A DNA stretch of 64,000 nt from Eledone cirrhosa (taxonomy: Eukaryota): assembly GCA_964016885.1 (NCBI GenBank), contig OZ024742.1:312046001-312110000 (forward strand), written 5' to 3'. Shown in pieces: positions 49,651 through 64,000 of this stretch. The position numbers and the translations under genes are program-made. Within the stretch, counting starts at the first letter, position 1, and each line of letters begins with the position of its first letter. The notes under the pieces are model-generated. The model was not told the DNA's origin, searched no databases, and worked only from the letters and a program-made list of their open reading frames with translations.

Positions 49651-51662
49651 CATCATCATCATCATCATCATCGTTTAACGTCCATGTTCCACGCTTGCAT
49701 GGGTTTGGACGGGAGTTTTCCCACTTGAGGCAAGAGTGGTTGTCTTGCTCGCATAGGACTGTCTGGCGGGTTTTCTACAGTTGGATGCCCTTCCTAACAC
49801 CAACCACATTTACAGTGTGGGACTGGGAGGTTTTTACCGTGTTACCTACACGGCCACATTACAGCGTGGACTGTGTGTTTTCTTGTCGTGACACCTACAC
49901 GATCTCATTTGTTTCGGCCTGGATGTTGTGGCACCAACGTAACTTTACATTGAAAGGGGCGGTGTGGATGAAGTGGGGGTGGTGTGACTGGGGCGTATTT
50001 TGTTAGAGATGCCTACTGACTGTAGTAGGTTTACTTTGTATTTAGGCAAGGCGGGTCTTCTCTATTACTGAGTACCGCCAAAGATCTCGGTCCAGTGACA
50101 TTGTCTTGGAGAGGTGTAAGTGTGTGAGGTCGGAATTTATCATGTCGTCCCAGGTTTTTCTGGGTCTGCCTACTCCGTGGCTACCGTCTATCTTTATTAC
50201 CCTGCACTTTTTTTATACAGCTGTCGTCTTTCATGCACATCACGTGACCATACCAACGTAGCCTTCTCTCGAGTAAACAACATCTGATCCCTCTTATTTC
50301 TAATTTTTCCCTTAGTTCGTTTATGCTTTGCCGTTCATGTATATTACTATTACACATCCAGCGGAGCATGCAAGCTTCGTTCCTCTCTAGTCTGCGTATA
50401 TCCTCTGCACACAATGCCCAGGTCTCACTGCCATGCAACATTGCTGTTCGTATGCAGGCATCATACAACCTGCCTTTCATTTTTAGGGAGAACTCTTTAG
50501 CGGCTAATAGTGGTATAAGCTCTCTGAACTTTTTCCATCCAGTTCTGACTCTAGCTACTGTACTTTCAGAGCACCCTCTCCCACTGCTGATTTTGTCACC
50601 CAGGTAACGGAAGCTGTCCACTATTTCTATAGAACCCTCTGCGCAATTGAAAGAGCTAGTATTTTGTGGGCACTTGCTGCTACTTATTGCACCAGAGCAC
50701 CGGCCACATGTAAAATCTATGTTCTTAGTTAACTTACCTGTGATCCCACTACATCTTTTATGCACCCATACTTTGCATTTGGGACATAAAATGGAGTTTC
50801 TACCTACGCCTTTCCTACACACTGAGCATGGCCATTTCCCGGAAGGGACCGGCGCCTTATTTTCTTTCCTACAAACTAGAACTTTAGTCTTAGCCAGGTT
50901 AATTTTAAGGCCTTTTGATTCTAGGCTGTGCTTCCATGTTTGGAATTTCTTCTCTAGCTCGGCCATTGATTCAGCTATGAGCATTAGATCATCTGCGTAT
51001 AGGAGTTCCCATGGGCAGCCGGTCTTGAACTCCACTGTTATAGCCTTAAGGGCAATAATAAATAGTAAGGGGCTAAGAACAGAGCCCTGATGAACACCAA
51101 CTTTTACGCTAAACTCTTCACTATATTCGTTGTTAATTCTAACCTTGCTGACTGTTTCTTTATACATGGCTTGTATAGCTCTCACAAGCCATTCGTCAAC
51201 ACCTAGTTTTCTAAGAGCCCACCAGATAATGGAACGGGGGACTCTGTCGAAGGCTTTCTCCAAGTCAACAAAAGCTAAGTATAGCTAGGTACTTCTCCTG
51301 TAGTTGTCGTACAATGAAAAGAGCGTCTGTGGTACTTTTGCCTGACACAAACCCAAACTGCATTTCATCTAGATCAATTCTCTCTCTGATTAGTTGCGCT
51401 ATTACTTTTTCCGTGACCTTCATGACCTGATCGATTAATTTAATGCCTCTATAGTTACTCCTATCTAGGGCATCTCCTTTACCCTTGTAACAGTTAATGA
51501 TGATGCTGCTACGCCAGTCCTTCGGAACAACCCCATTCTGTATGACTTGGTTTACTATCGAGTGACCATGGTGTGTCCCACCATTCCAGAGGCTTTCAGC
51601 ATCTCAGCAACTATTTCCGAAGGCCCAGCCGCCTTACCCGTCTTCATATCTTTGATTGCCTT
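49651..51662 (-). mobile_element. 5'-truncated RTE-clade LINE with a PHD-like finger inside the RT region, long 3' UTR and (TGA)n tail
   Basis: ORF 50181-51263: KAFDRV, HQGSVLSP, LYADD, Cys/His insert, FRYLG, LRWYGHV; upstream frames give YRGIKL and GKAAGPS. Confidence 0.93.
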
Positions 51663-51701
51663 ATATATATATATATATATATAGAAAGAGAGAGAGAGAA
51701 C

Positions 51702-51734
<33 letters not shown>

Positions 51735-52197
51735 GGGGAGATATTTCTGTTAGTCCATTACCATTACAAAATTAAATTTTTAAAAATCATAAGAATTATG
51801 AAAAATTAAAAAAAAAAGATTAAACTACATTAATTGCAATAACAGGTCATATTAACATCATGTCATTATTCTAATTTCGGAACAATAACAGCAAAATAAT
51901 GATGTTTATCATAGACCGGTGGGGGCTTTCCTAATTTCACATTGGCAATAAAAGACACCTGCAAGCTAATGGGCTAGAGAATGCTTAGAAAATTACTGAC
52001 AGATTAACTAAAATAACATTGCAATATGTGCTGTGCACCTAATGTATAATTGTGATGTGCAATCAGTATATTTGTTATAATCAGTAAGCCAACGCAACTA
52101 TAGGACAGTTTGTAGAAAGGTTCACTATGTGATTTGCCTGAGGGAAGAAGAGACTAGAACTAGAAAAATTATAAGTTTTGCTCTCCATTAATTAGAG

Positions 52198-52732
52198 CAG
52201 AGGTTCTCAAAGTGGGTGCTATCACCTCCCCGGGGGAGTGTTTAGAAGGTCCGGGGAGGGGGGGGGGGGCTAAGAGAGCAGTAAAGATGATATAATAGTA
52301 TATTAAATATCAAATGATACATACTATATATAAATATAGTAAAATAATAAATATATATTTATTTATACATAGTATATATTATATTATTTATTATATCGGT
52401 GGATTGGCAAAATCGGTAGAGTGTCGGACAACATGCTTAGAGGCATAGAGTTATGGTCCTTTAAGTTCTGAGGTTAGTTTTGCCTTTCATCCTTCCGAAG
52501 TTGATAAAATAAAGTACCAGTCATGCACTGGAGTCGATTTAATTAACTTTCCCCTCCCCCCAAATTGCTGGCCTTGTGCCTAAATCAGAAACCATTATAA
52601 ATAAATTAACGATTTTATTTATTATATACTATTTACAATTTGCATATAGGCAAGTTTCTCTGGAAGTAAGGGTGGGGCGCTAAGGGTATTACGTGGCCGT
52701 GGGGGCATCAAAAAATTTGAGAACCTCCTCTG
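52198..52732. mobile_element. hAT (Charlie-like) MITE with a nested SINE A (about 52395-52600)
   Basis: 8-bp TSD AATTAGAG at 52190-52197 and 52733-52740; TIR CAGAGGTTCTCAAA / TTTGAGAACCTCCTCTG. Confidence 0.9.
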
Positions 52733-54527
52733 AATTAGAGCAACACAAGATATAATTTCAATTCTGTCTGTCTCCTTTTTGTCAAATTGAAGGGGATTAT
52801 TCTATCTTTGGGAGTATTTTATAAATGCTTATCTCCAGGGAGAGAAATGGGTGGGTAGACAAAGGCACGTCAGTAGCTAATGTATAACAACAGCATGTTT
52901 TCATCTTAACCCTTTTGTCACTATATTTAGTAACAAAGACTGATGCCTACAATTTTCAAATAATTTTGAAAATAATCAAGGATTAGAAGGAATTAACTAA
53001 CATTTTCATTATGAAGTTGTTGTTTGGAACATAGTTTATTTAATCTTTAGAACACTGAATTTTTTTATGAATTGCTTCCCTTGACACTGCATTATGTATT
53101 AAGGGGAGATTACTCTATTGGCAATATAGGGTGCCTAGAGCACTCAGAAGATTAACAAATTCTTAAATGATGGAAGATTTTTATGATAAATATAAACATT
53201 GAAAAACTTAATATCACACAAGCAGGGCATTTTCAGTCAGTTTCATATCAAACGAGTTTCTATATTTATATGAAGAGATATTTGCGCTAGTTGTCCTGTG
53301 ACAAATCAAGACATATCCAGTATATACCATTAGCTGTATATACCTAGTTCTAAAATTTATCACTATGTTTTTTTGTTTGTTTCTGATAGCAGTACACAGA
53401 ACTAACACAATAAGTAGCATCATTATCATCATCGTTTTAACATCTGCTTTCCCTGCTAGCAAGGGTTGGACGGGTCTACATAGATGAAGTCAGTATTGAA
53501 GCAGGGCTGCTGATCTCCCGGACGGGCCAGCGATCTGCATCTCACTTATGTACAGTTTTACATTCTACCAGGTGCACAGGAGAGGTCATCATGTCTTTGA
53601 TACAACTGAGGGCCTTCCCAACCCTTTATTTGGCAAGCTTTCTATGGCTAGATGCCCTTCGTATCACCAACCACTTTACAGAGTGTACTGAGTGCATTTA
53701 TCATGTAGGTCACCAACACTAGGGAGGCTGTCATTTTTGGCATCTGGAAGGGCATCTGATAATAAACATTGCCCTGAAAAGGATCCTGTGATGAGTATGA
53801 CACTTGTTATGGGGCCCCATAAGGCTAACCACAGGGGAAAAGGTCTTAAAGTGCTTGTTGTGTAGCCATATTCATAATAATGGAATGTCTTTTGTTAGTT
53901 CCTGAAAGAATATATCTGGAGGGTGATTCCTTTAATAAATCCAAGAGATATCATTATCATCATCATCACCATCATCACCATCATCATTTTAATATTATTA
54001 GAGAGAGAGAGAGAGAGATAGAGAGAGAGAGAAAGGGGAGGCCACTAAGAAAGTCATAACTGGAGAGTGATGACTTTAATAAATCCAAGGATATAGATAA
54101 ATATAATAAATCCATTATCATTATCATCATATTCATCATGTTCATATTATTAGAGAGAGAGAGGGAGAGAGAGAGAGGCCTTGCAAGCCAGCCACTAAGA
54201 AAGTCACCAGAAGTTCTATAGTGGAGTTATGCCATTGGCATCAGCTTCTACTTAAACACAGCAACAGTGTGTAACAAGTTGGCAGCAAATGAGCTAGCAG
54301 ATTTAATCATCTTTTTGAAACACTGTGAGAGCAATGGAGCATGAAGAGTCACTGGATACATCGATTCCGTTAGCTTTTGATTGGCTCATCAACTTTTAAC
54401 ATCCGTCCAATAATCATTAGTGAAGGAAATGAAAGAGTCACTGATTTAGAAAATCAGTGAAAGCCACGCAAGTTGGGATTGGAATAAATTCTCATTACAA
54501 AAAAAAAAAATTGGTGGATGTTCACTG

Positions 54528-55052
54528 CATATATATGTTGTGGGTGTGTCATATATATGTTGTGGGTATGTCATATATATGTTGTGTGTGTGTCCATATA
54601 TATGTTGTGGGTGTGTCATATATATGTTGTGGGTGTGTCATATATATGTTGTGTGTGTGTCCATATATATGTTGTGTATGTGTATGTGTTCATATATATG
54701 TGTATATGTCATATATATGTTGTATGTGTATGTGTCATATATATGTGTATATGTCATATATATGTTGTATGTGTATGTGTCATATATATGTGTATATGTC
54801 ATATATATGTTGTATGTGTATGTGTCATATATATGTTGTGTATGTATTCATATATATGTTGAGTATGTGTCATATATATGTTGTGTATGTATTCATATAT
54901 ATGTTGAGTATGTGTCATATATATGCTGTGTATGTGTTCATATATATGTGTATGTGTCATATATATGTTATGTATATGTCATATATATGTTGTATGTGTA
55001 TGTGTTCATATATGTTGTGTGTGTGCGCGTGTTCATATATTTGTGTGTGTGT
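54528..55052. repeat. Degenerate 18-24 bp minisatellite
   Basis: Unit approximately CATATATATGTTGTGTGTGTGT; a similar low-complexity array lies at 39180-39545. Confidence 0.9.
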
Positions 55053-55233
55053 CTAAGTGTTTGGGTGTGCAAAAAGACAGGAGGTAAGAGAATAACCATG
55101 GATGCATCAATTTATTTAACCCATTGTAGGGGGAGAGGAGATCCTCCTTATCATCAACATCAACATCAACAATAGTCATCCCAATATTATTTGATTGGGT
55201 CAGAAATATTGTTTCTCTGTTCACTAGACCAAT

Positions 55234-55270
<37 letters not shown>

Positions 55271-57489
55271 AATGAACTCTGATATTTAGGCAACCCACAG
55301 AATAGATTTTTGACTAAGGAAATCAAGGTGATAATAGTGGGAGAGTCCATTGTGTATGTAGGTGAAAAAAGGGGTGTATAACACATAGAGAGTTAAGTAT
55401 TGATTGTTGAAACAGTTGTAGAGGTAAAACAGACAGGGAAGAGTCTTTTGGACTTTGTGGATAGTGGAATATGACTTCAATAACCATTCTGATACAAAAG
55501 TACCTGAAACCACCCTGGTTTCTATGATACAAAGCTATTTGTTTTCACGAGTTCATGATTGAATTTGAACCTTCCATCATAATTTATGTAGAAACTGATT
55601 TATTTATCTATCTATTTATTCAATTTAAACGTCCGTATAGAGCTAGTAAGCCATGGCAAACTAGGTGAAGTATCGACTACTCCTTACAGTTGGCAATCAA
55701 AAAATCTAGTGAGACAAGTAATGATAATTAAAAAATAAAATTGGGAGAAAACTAAAATAAAATGAAATAAAATAAAAATAAAATTTCCAATATTGAAGGC
55801 CAATGGGAGGTATTTTTGTTAAGTTATATTTCAAACACAAGCTTAATGACAAGAAAATGTATTATTAAATCCTTCCAAATTCTTGATTATTTAAAAAATT
55901 ATTTCAAAAAGCATAGACAGGGTTTTTCTTTAGTAATGTAGTAATGAAAGGGTTTTTCTTCTCTTCTTCTTCACCTACTTATTCCTGAGAGGGTCGTAGG
56001 AGCAGAGTCCTCAAACATTCCCTCCAGCGGTCCTGTCAACTCATGTGGGGCGTGACCAGCCAAGCTCATGGATCTTATTCAACATCTTGCTCAGTAATGA
56101 CCAAAAGAATACCATCGCGAATACAAGTGGCCAAAATGGGATTCCTCCAAAAGGTCTTTGGAGTAATGTTACTTGATAAAGTGTGTAGCTCAGAGAGTCA
56201 CTCCAGGTAAAGCCACTACTTCTCCGAATTGAGAGATCACAGTTCCGATACTATGGGCATGTGGTTAGACTATCTCAGGAAAGAATCACTGGACAGATTT
56301 TTATGGGGAAAACCTGTTTATGGGCAAAACCAGTTCAAATCCTGCTGGAGTCAGCTTTGTTTTCATCCTTTTGAGGTTGATAAATGAAGTATAAGCCCAA
56401 TACTGGAGTCTGCCAGGTTTCAAATGCCCAAGACATGACATAAGACATGAAATCCCCCCCCCACACACACACACACAATGACTACAGTATCCAATGTCTC
56501 ATATTCTTTTTAAAGACAGTAGTGGGAGTCGAGATTTCACTGCTATTTCTAGTAGGATGAGCAACTTTATTTTGTTAGCTTGAGATAGACAGAATTAATT
56601 CACAAGGCAGCAGGTTTTCCAGAATTTTAAATTACCAGCTTAGCTCCATGAAACCATGAACTATATGAAAACAAAGTTAATACTAACAGTTAGGAAAATA
56701 GCAGAGGACAACATTGTGAAAGTAGTTGTTAACTTAATCCTTTAATCATTTTATATCCATTCATAAAAAAGGATTATTTAAGATTGTCATGTTGTGCATA
56801 CAGAGTTTGTGTAAAGTATGATTTAATGTGCATACAATGATGCAAAGGAGTTCTCTTGTCTTCTTTCTGGCTCATAATTCCTAGTAGTGTTGTAGGGGTA
56901 CTATAGTGAAATACAACATTTCTTGGCCCTTTTTTAAAGCTTGGCAAAGACCATCTCCTCTCCATGTCTAAACACAGCTGATTTCTTTTAGAGAAGGAAA
57001 GAAAGAGATGGAGAGGAAGTAAAAAAGAGATATAGAGGAATAGTCAACTCCAATACTTGACTGGTACTATTTTTTTTATCGACCTAGAAAAAAATGAAAA
57101 ACAAAGTTGATCTAAGCAAAATTTGAACACAGAATGTTAAGAGCCAGAACAAATATCACAACTCATTCTATCTGACATTCTAATGATTCTGCCAATTCTC
57201 CAAAGTCCATGTAATGTATTGGTAATGACTGATACATTTACCTATTGAACATATACACACATGTAGGGTATTGAATTGACAAGCTACATGTACAAGTATA
57301 GGTTTGAGAATGTGTGTAAATATACATGTGTGAATGGGGAAGTGTGCATTGTTGATATGTGAAGCAATGTTGAACAACTGTTGTTGTATGTAAGACTGAT
57401 TCCGATATTAGGTGAGCCCATCATAAATATCACCCCACTACCTTCCTTAAGAGAGGACAGGTAATTTTCTTTTGTATGTATGACAACCT

Positions 57490-57870
57490 TTCTAGTGCTG
57501 GTGCCACAATAAAATGCTCACAGTACACTGCAAAGTGGTAGTCCTGGTGCCACAACAAAATTCCCATAATACTCTCAGTAAAGTGATAGTGCTGGTGCCA
57601 TAATAAAATGCTCCCAATGCTCTCTGTAAAATGGCAGTGCTGGTGTCACGATAAAATGCCCTTAGTACTTCTGTAAAATGGTAGTGCGGGTGCCACAATA
57701 AAATACACCCAGTACTCCCTTTAGAGAGGGCAGCCAGCTGTAGAAACCATGCCTAATGTCGAATGTGTGAGAAAGACAAAGTCTCTCTCTGACATGCCTA
57801 GTCCCAGACCATGATAATCTGTACAACACATGCTAACATGGAAAGCAGATGTAAAATGATGATGATGACG
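57490..57870 (+). mobile_element. SINE/RTE 3' fragment with an internal 43-44 bp unit repeated about five times
   Basis: GGTGCCACAATAAAATGCTC.CAGTAC.CTGTAAA.TGG repeats, then GCTGTAGAAACCATGCC...(TGA)n. Confidence 0.7.
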
Positions 57871-58208
57871 AAATATATCATGTGAATGTGATATAATCAT
57901 TTTGTTTGTTACCTCTAATACATGATATAAACACCTCAGCATTTTGTCTAACACCTATAAAGGCCCAAAACAAGGAGTGGAGGGAGAGGAGGAAGTGGAG
58001 AAGAAGAAGAAGACAACTCATAAAGGCCCTTTGCATTGTTCATCAAGAAAAAAACCCCCAACATTATCATAATTATTTTGAGAAAATCATTGCATTGTCA
58101 TAGAGAAAAAACTGTTATATCCATACCTGTGTATCCACTTGCTGGTAAACTGTCAAATGTGTGCAAGAATGGTTGACAGGGATGGGTTGAGTGCTGTACT
58201 GCTGCCAA

Positions 58209-58246
<38 letters not shown>

Positions 58247-58393
58247 AGTTCATCAACTAATGTCACCAACATATGACAATCACCTGTCTATTCTCATTTT
58301 CCTTCATCAGTTTATCTTCCTATATTATTTTTTGTATTGCTCTTCTTTGATTTTTTTTTAAATTCCGCTCTCCCTCTTTTCAAAATACACACA

Positions 58394-58435
<42 letters not shown>

Positions 58436-58650
58436 TAAATATATATATATATGTGTGTGTGTGTATGTAATAATTAGCAGTGACACTAACACTGTGTGAT
58501 TCAGAATAGAATATATAAACATAGAATAAATTATCCTTAGAAATTAATTTAAACATGTTTATATATCCCTCTGTGTGTGCATAATATATATACATACATA
58601 TATATATATATATATGTATACACACACACACATGTATATACATGTGTATG

Positions 58651-58681
<31 letters not shown>

Positions 58682-58967
58682 GTGTGTGTTTGTGTGTTCT
58701 TCTCTCTCATTCTCTCTGTTTATTTCTTCTTCTCAGTGATTGTTTGTCTGTGTATGTATGTGTGTGTATGTATGTGTGTGTATGTATGTGTTTTGTCAGC
58801 CATTGCACACTACAGTGCAGCTACTGCTTCAACTCATGCACCCCTGCAGTTGATGCAGAAAATGTACCAGGTAGCCACTGCAAAGAATAAAAAAAAGTGA
58901 GTTTAGTGCACAGTTAATGAATAAGCATAGATGAACAACAACAATGACAATAACAACAGCAATAATA

Positions 58968-59642
58968 ATAATAATGGTTTCTGATTTAGGCAAAAGGCCA
59001 GCAACTTTCGGGAAGGGGAAAGTCGATTAAATCGACCCCAGTACGTGACTGGTACTTTATTTTATCAACCCTGTAATGATTTGTAATTAGACACAAGGCC
59101 AGCAATTTGTATGGAATGGAATGTTGATTATATTGGCTCCAGTATTTTACTGCTACTTTATTTTATTGACCCTGGAAGGATGAAAGGCAAAGATGATCTC
59201 AGCAGGATTTGAACTCAGAACATAAAGAGGCATGACGAAATGTTACAAAACATTTTGTCGATGCTCTACCAATTCTGCCAATCCACCACTCCATAATATG
59301 ATTGCTTCTACTTTTGGCACAAGGCCAGCAATATGAAGGGAAGAGGTAAGTCCAATCCAATTATGTTGACCCCAATGCATTACTGGTACTTTATTTTATC
59401 AACTCCATAAGGATGAAAGGCAAAGCTAACCATAGCAGGATTTGAACTCAGAATGAAAAGGGATGTAACTATATACTGTCAATCCACAGCCCTTCACCTC
59501 CCTTAATGATAATAAGAATAATGGTTTCTACTTTTGGCACAAGGACAACAATTACCCCAGTGCATTACTGGTACTTTATTTTATCGACCCCCGTAAGGAT
59601 GAAAGGCAAAGTTAACCTCGGCGGGATTTGAACTCAGACCAT
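58968..59642 (-). mobile_element. Tandem array of four SINE family A copies or fragments
   Basis: Repeated GGCA(A/C)AAGG.CA.CAA...TACT(G)GTACTTTATTTTAT units. Confidence 0.85.
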
Positions 59643-60350
59643 AATAATAATAAAAATAATGTGACTAAATAATATAAGGTATGGCTATGTGTTTTAGAAG
59701 TTCACTTTGCAACCCCATGTTTCCATGTTCAATACTACAGCATGTCACCTTTTGTCTCTTCTACCATAGCCTCCCTCATTCCTCCATGTTGATGAATATA
59801 TGTGTGTATGTATGTATTTACATCTTTCAGTTCTGAATACGTAAATTAAAGATGATGATGATGATGATGATATGATGATGAGAAAATGATAGTTTATCAA
59901 CTCTACAAGAGAGAAGCCAATTAAGAAACCTCTACATTGTTATTTGACTTGCTAGAAATAACATCCAAATCTTCCTCAAATCTCACCCAACTGTTATTAA
60001 AAATAGAACACACTGGATAATATAGTTTGAGAAACAAAATGATACAGTTATATCTGGATCCCCATTGATCATATATCTGCTCATTAACAGTCATCCATGG
60101 GCTAAACAACAATTCTGGAAGATTAAAAGACAGAGGACGCCTTAGTAGAAATTGAATACAAAGCAGCATAACAACAATAGTCTTGCAAGTGTTGTTATTA
60201 CTGTTCAGCCCCCGAGTCAATCCTGACCGATTAGAGAGCTATGATCAACAGCATTCTAGTCATAACTATCCAGTATTTTTTTTCTTTTTTATTCTGTGTA
60301 TGTATTGTACATTCAATACTACATTACTCTATTGTACATTTAATACTACT

Positions 60351-60683
60351 ATGGAGGCACATGGCTTAGTGGTTAGAGCATTGGCCTTGCAATCGAAAGG
60401 TTGTGAGTTCAATTCTCAGACCGGGTGATGTGTTGTTTCCTTGAGCAAGACACTTTATTTCACATTGCTTCAGTTTACTCAGCTGTAGAAATGAGATGAT
60501 AGGGACTGGGGTCCATATCATTCCACTGCAAAAGTGGTCGTGGAGGTGCCACGGCAAAAAAGCACCCAGCACTCACTGTAAATGAGGTTGGTGTTAGGAA
60601 GGGCATCCAGCCAGAATCAGTTCCCGTCCCACCCTTGCAAGCAGGGAAAAAGCGGACGTAAAATGAAATGATGATGATGATGA
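60351..60683 (+). mobile_element. Complete SINE family C
   Basis: Near-identical to 40177-40526. Confidence 0.9.
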
Positions 60684-62589
60684 TTACTCAATGTAATCTT
60701 AGATATCATTGTTGCTAAGACAGTAAGGTCTGACTTAAGGTAATTTAGCTACTATTTCCAGCAGGTTTAGTGACTACATGGTATCCCTTGTTTTGTTTGA
60801 CATACTAAGGTGTTTGTCCCTCCACCTGCTTTTTTTTTTTTTCTTATTGTAATAATGATCTCTAATTTAGGCACAAGGCCAGCAATTTTGGAGGTAGAGG
60901 AAACCCAATACATTACTGGTACTTAATTTATCGACCCAGTAAGGATGAAAGGCAAAGCTAATCTTAGCAGGATTTGAACTCAGAACATAAACATTATCCA
61001 ATGCTCAACTGATACTGCCAACCCACTGCCCTTTTTATCATTATAATAACGATTTCTACTATAGGCACAAGGCTACACATTTTTAGAGATAGTGAAATGG
61101 ACCTCAGTCACTTTCAATGATGAGTGTTCCAATTATTCGATCAACAAGACAGCCTGTTCATGAAATTAACTCCTCAGACACACATGCCCTTAACATAATT
61201 CTCCAGGAGATTCAGTGTGAAACAGCTGGCCCTTTGTATAACAGTTCAGTCCATTTGATTGTCTTCCAATTAGGTTGTTTCTACCCCATTTTATTTATAA
61301 GGCTATGGTAAATGACATTTGTCCGAGGTTTCCAAGGTGCTATGCAGTGAGCATTGAACCCAGGACTCATGATTGTGAAGTGAAAATCTTAATGATTCAG
61401 CCATGCTGCATTGAGAGAATACAGTTATTAAAAATTACTTCAGTATATGACTGGTACTTGTTTTATTGACTTCTGAGGATGAAAGGCAAACTCCTACTCT
61501 GGTTAGTTTTAGAACAGAAAATGTAAAGGTTGGTCACTAAATACAACAAATCATTTTGCTTTTTTAAAAGAAATACTATTATTTAACTTTTAATTGCTTA
61601 TTATTTTTAATAGCTTATACTCATTTTTTTTAATTGCTTATTATTTTTAATAGTTTATACTCATATATTTTAATTGCTTATTATTTTTTATAGCTTATAC
61701 TCATTTTTTTAATTGCATATTATTTATTTCATTTACTTAAGAGGATTGAAAGGGAAAGTTAATGCCAGGGTTTGAAAGTATGATATAGAATGACAAAACT
61801 AAATGCTACACTTTTAGTTTAGCACAGTACTGTTATTTCTTATAATAATAATAATAAGAATGATGAATACGATGATGATGATGATGATGATGGTGATGGT
61901 GATCATGGCAACAATGATGACATTGATGATAAAAACACAGTAATAACAATAATAAAAACAACAGCTAGATGAATAAAATTAATATAAAACAGTAATATTT
62001 GAAAGTTATAAAATAGGCGGGTATGATCTATAGCCACAACAGTTTTTTTGTTTTTTGCTAGTATACCAGAGTACATAACTGATTATCTGATTATAATAGA
62101 AGTCATTGCAACACCACCCACCACCAACATTAGCTAGCTTTACCATGGCTTTTTTTTTTTTGCTCACTAAAGTAGCAAGCCCACCCTAGTACATAGTAAA
62201 GTATCATATTCTATGACATGATGTAATATGTAGGGTGTTGTTTATCTAGAAGGAGCTGTCAGTATTCAGCTGGTTGAACCAGACAATAATAACAAATCGG
62301 TTGAGGATGAGGGGGAAGGGAAGTAGGTAGGACAGAGGGGATGTGGGGGGGAGGGGGTTAAATAAAAAAATAAATAAACAAAAACAATAATATAATATGT
62401 TTCAAGTTTTACGACCAATATCAACAGTCCTGATCAACTAATTGCATGATTTCAGATATTGTGTTTTACAAGATTTGACATAAGTTTTGACGGAGACATG
62501 GGAACTTTATAACTAACATGGAAAATGAAATTTTCTTGGGGATTAAAAAAGAAACAGTATTTTAATAAATCAAGTTGTCTGTGACTTAA

Positions 62590-63133
62590 CCCTTTAGCAT
62601 TTACATTACTCCATATAAACTATTGTATTTTCATGGTAAAGGCTTTACTTCACATAATATTGAATCTATGAGATTTTGATGTTACTTATTTTGAGAACAA
62701 TACCTTAAAATCAGTATGAGTGGCTGGTTTGAACAGAAAGAGGTGAGGGAATTCTGGCTGGATATGACCGGTGTAAATGTTACAGGGTTAATTCTTATGT
62801 TACTATATTTTAAATGAAAAACACTGTCTATTATTTTCATATCATTTTGAAAACAATAAATTTGTGATGATTTAGTAATATAACTTACTGATTATTTAGC
62901 TAGTGTTTGCAACATAACTTAACCTGTTACCATTTAAACCGGCCATATCCGGCCAGAATTCCCTCACCTCTTTCTGTTCAAACTAGCAACTCATACTGAT
63001 GTTAAGGTATTGTTCTCAAAATAAATAAAATCAAAATCTCATAGATTCGATATTATGTGAAATAATTGTGTGAGGTAAAGCCTTTACTGTGAAAATACAA
63101 TAGTATATATAGAGTAATGTATATGCTAAAGGG
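62590..63133. mobile_element. Two piggyBac-like family 1 MITEs (62590-62787, 62923-63133) in opposite orientation, associated with a decayed family 2 MITE
   Basis: TTAA TSDs at 62586/62788 and 62919/63134; TIR variants of CCCTTTAGCATTTA. Confidence 0.82.
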
Positions 63134-64000
63134 TTAAAGGTTCTTACATAAAATTATGAAGGAAAGTTTTTAGAGAAATATAAAGTTGGTAGTTACAGAG
63201 TTATGATAAAATGCTCTCTGTACATGCTGTAAAGTGATTGGTGTTAGGAAGGGCATCCAACCTTTGAAACCAAGCCAAAAGTGGAATGTACAGGCCAGTC
63301 AAGCCTCAGCACATTACAGCCCGTAATGCAAGTAAGGAAAATAGACATTAAACAAAGATGATGTTGATAAACTTTGAAATAAACAGCTTTTTAGTGTGAC
63401 TCAAGAACAGTTTCAGGCAGTTTGGTATCAGAAGGGTTAAGTAGGACAGGGATGGTCAGTCACAAGTTCAATTTATACATTACTACAAATAGTGTTGTGC
63501 ACCTTGGGACTCAGTTCATTTAAGTTACTCTTATAAACCTTGCCAATATAAATATTACCATTCTTTGGGATTACATATATTATTTTAACCTTTTCGATAC
63601 CAAATTGCTTGAAACTGTCCCAGATTCTATTTATCATACAAAGCTGCTCATTTTAAAGTGCTTCTTTTTATCTATAAAGCTTCCATTATAAGTTTATGTA
63701 ATAACTCTTATTAAATTATGCACCTAACACCAATTTAACTCTAAACATCCTATAATGATTTAACAGAAAATATTTGAAAACATTTGTTAATTCAAATGTT
63801 TTAGTATCTTCATTAATGGACAATTTGTTGTGAAATTTTGTAACATTTAGAGTATAACGTGATGCAGTCATAGTGCTGTTTTGTACTTTTTTTAATGTGA
63901 TGCAGTTATAGTGTTGTTTTGTACTTTTTTTAATATGATGCAGTCATATTGCTGCTTTGTACTTTGCTAATGCAGTTTCATGCAGAAGAGGTCATTAAAG

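Noticed and set aside
58126-58200. Possible minus-strand exon (TTGGCAG|...|GTATGG)
   Set aside because: The acceptor sits in (TA)n, the peptide is unrecognisable, and the strand conflicts with the candidate at 58800.

Overview
AT-rich, microsatellite-dense animal DNA. The SINE types, RTE and L1/Tx1 LINEs, Penelope-type hammerheads and an SRCR exon point to a cephalopod such as octopus (inference from repeat content, not verified). No intact host gene is visible: one broken SRCR exon (5203-5341, minus) and a few unassignable candidate exons. Main signal: a nested retrotransposon pair seen twice. At 15005-24531 a near-full-length L1/Tx1-clade LINE sits in an (ATT)n tract inside the 5' UTR of a near-full-length RTE LINE. 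At 8521-12604 a different Tx1 subfamily abuts the same position of a second copy of that RTE. Both RTE copies carry the same 5-bp frameshift in the endonuclease. Other features: fold-back elements carrying minimal type I hammerhead ribozymes (canonical cores at 4754-4808 and 25773-25816); a non-autonomous DNA transposon (6061-7736) carrying convergent tRNA-like Pol III units; a mini-RTE (5' UTR plus 3' end); an RTE with a PHD-like finger inside its RT; Helitron, piggyBac-like, hAT and Tc1/mariner-like non-autonomous elements; many SINEs; a 23-bp minisatellite; and an apparent switch to CpG depletion after about 28 kb. Identities and boundaries were judged by eye.
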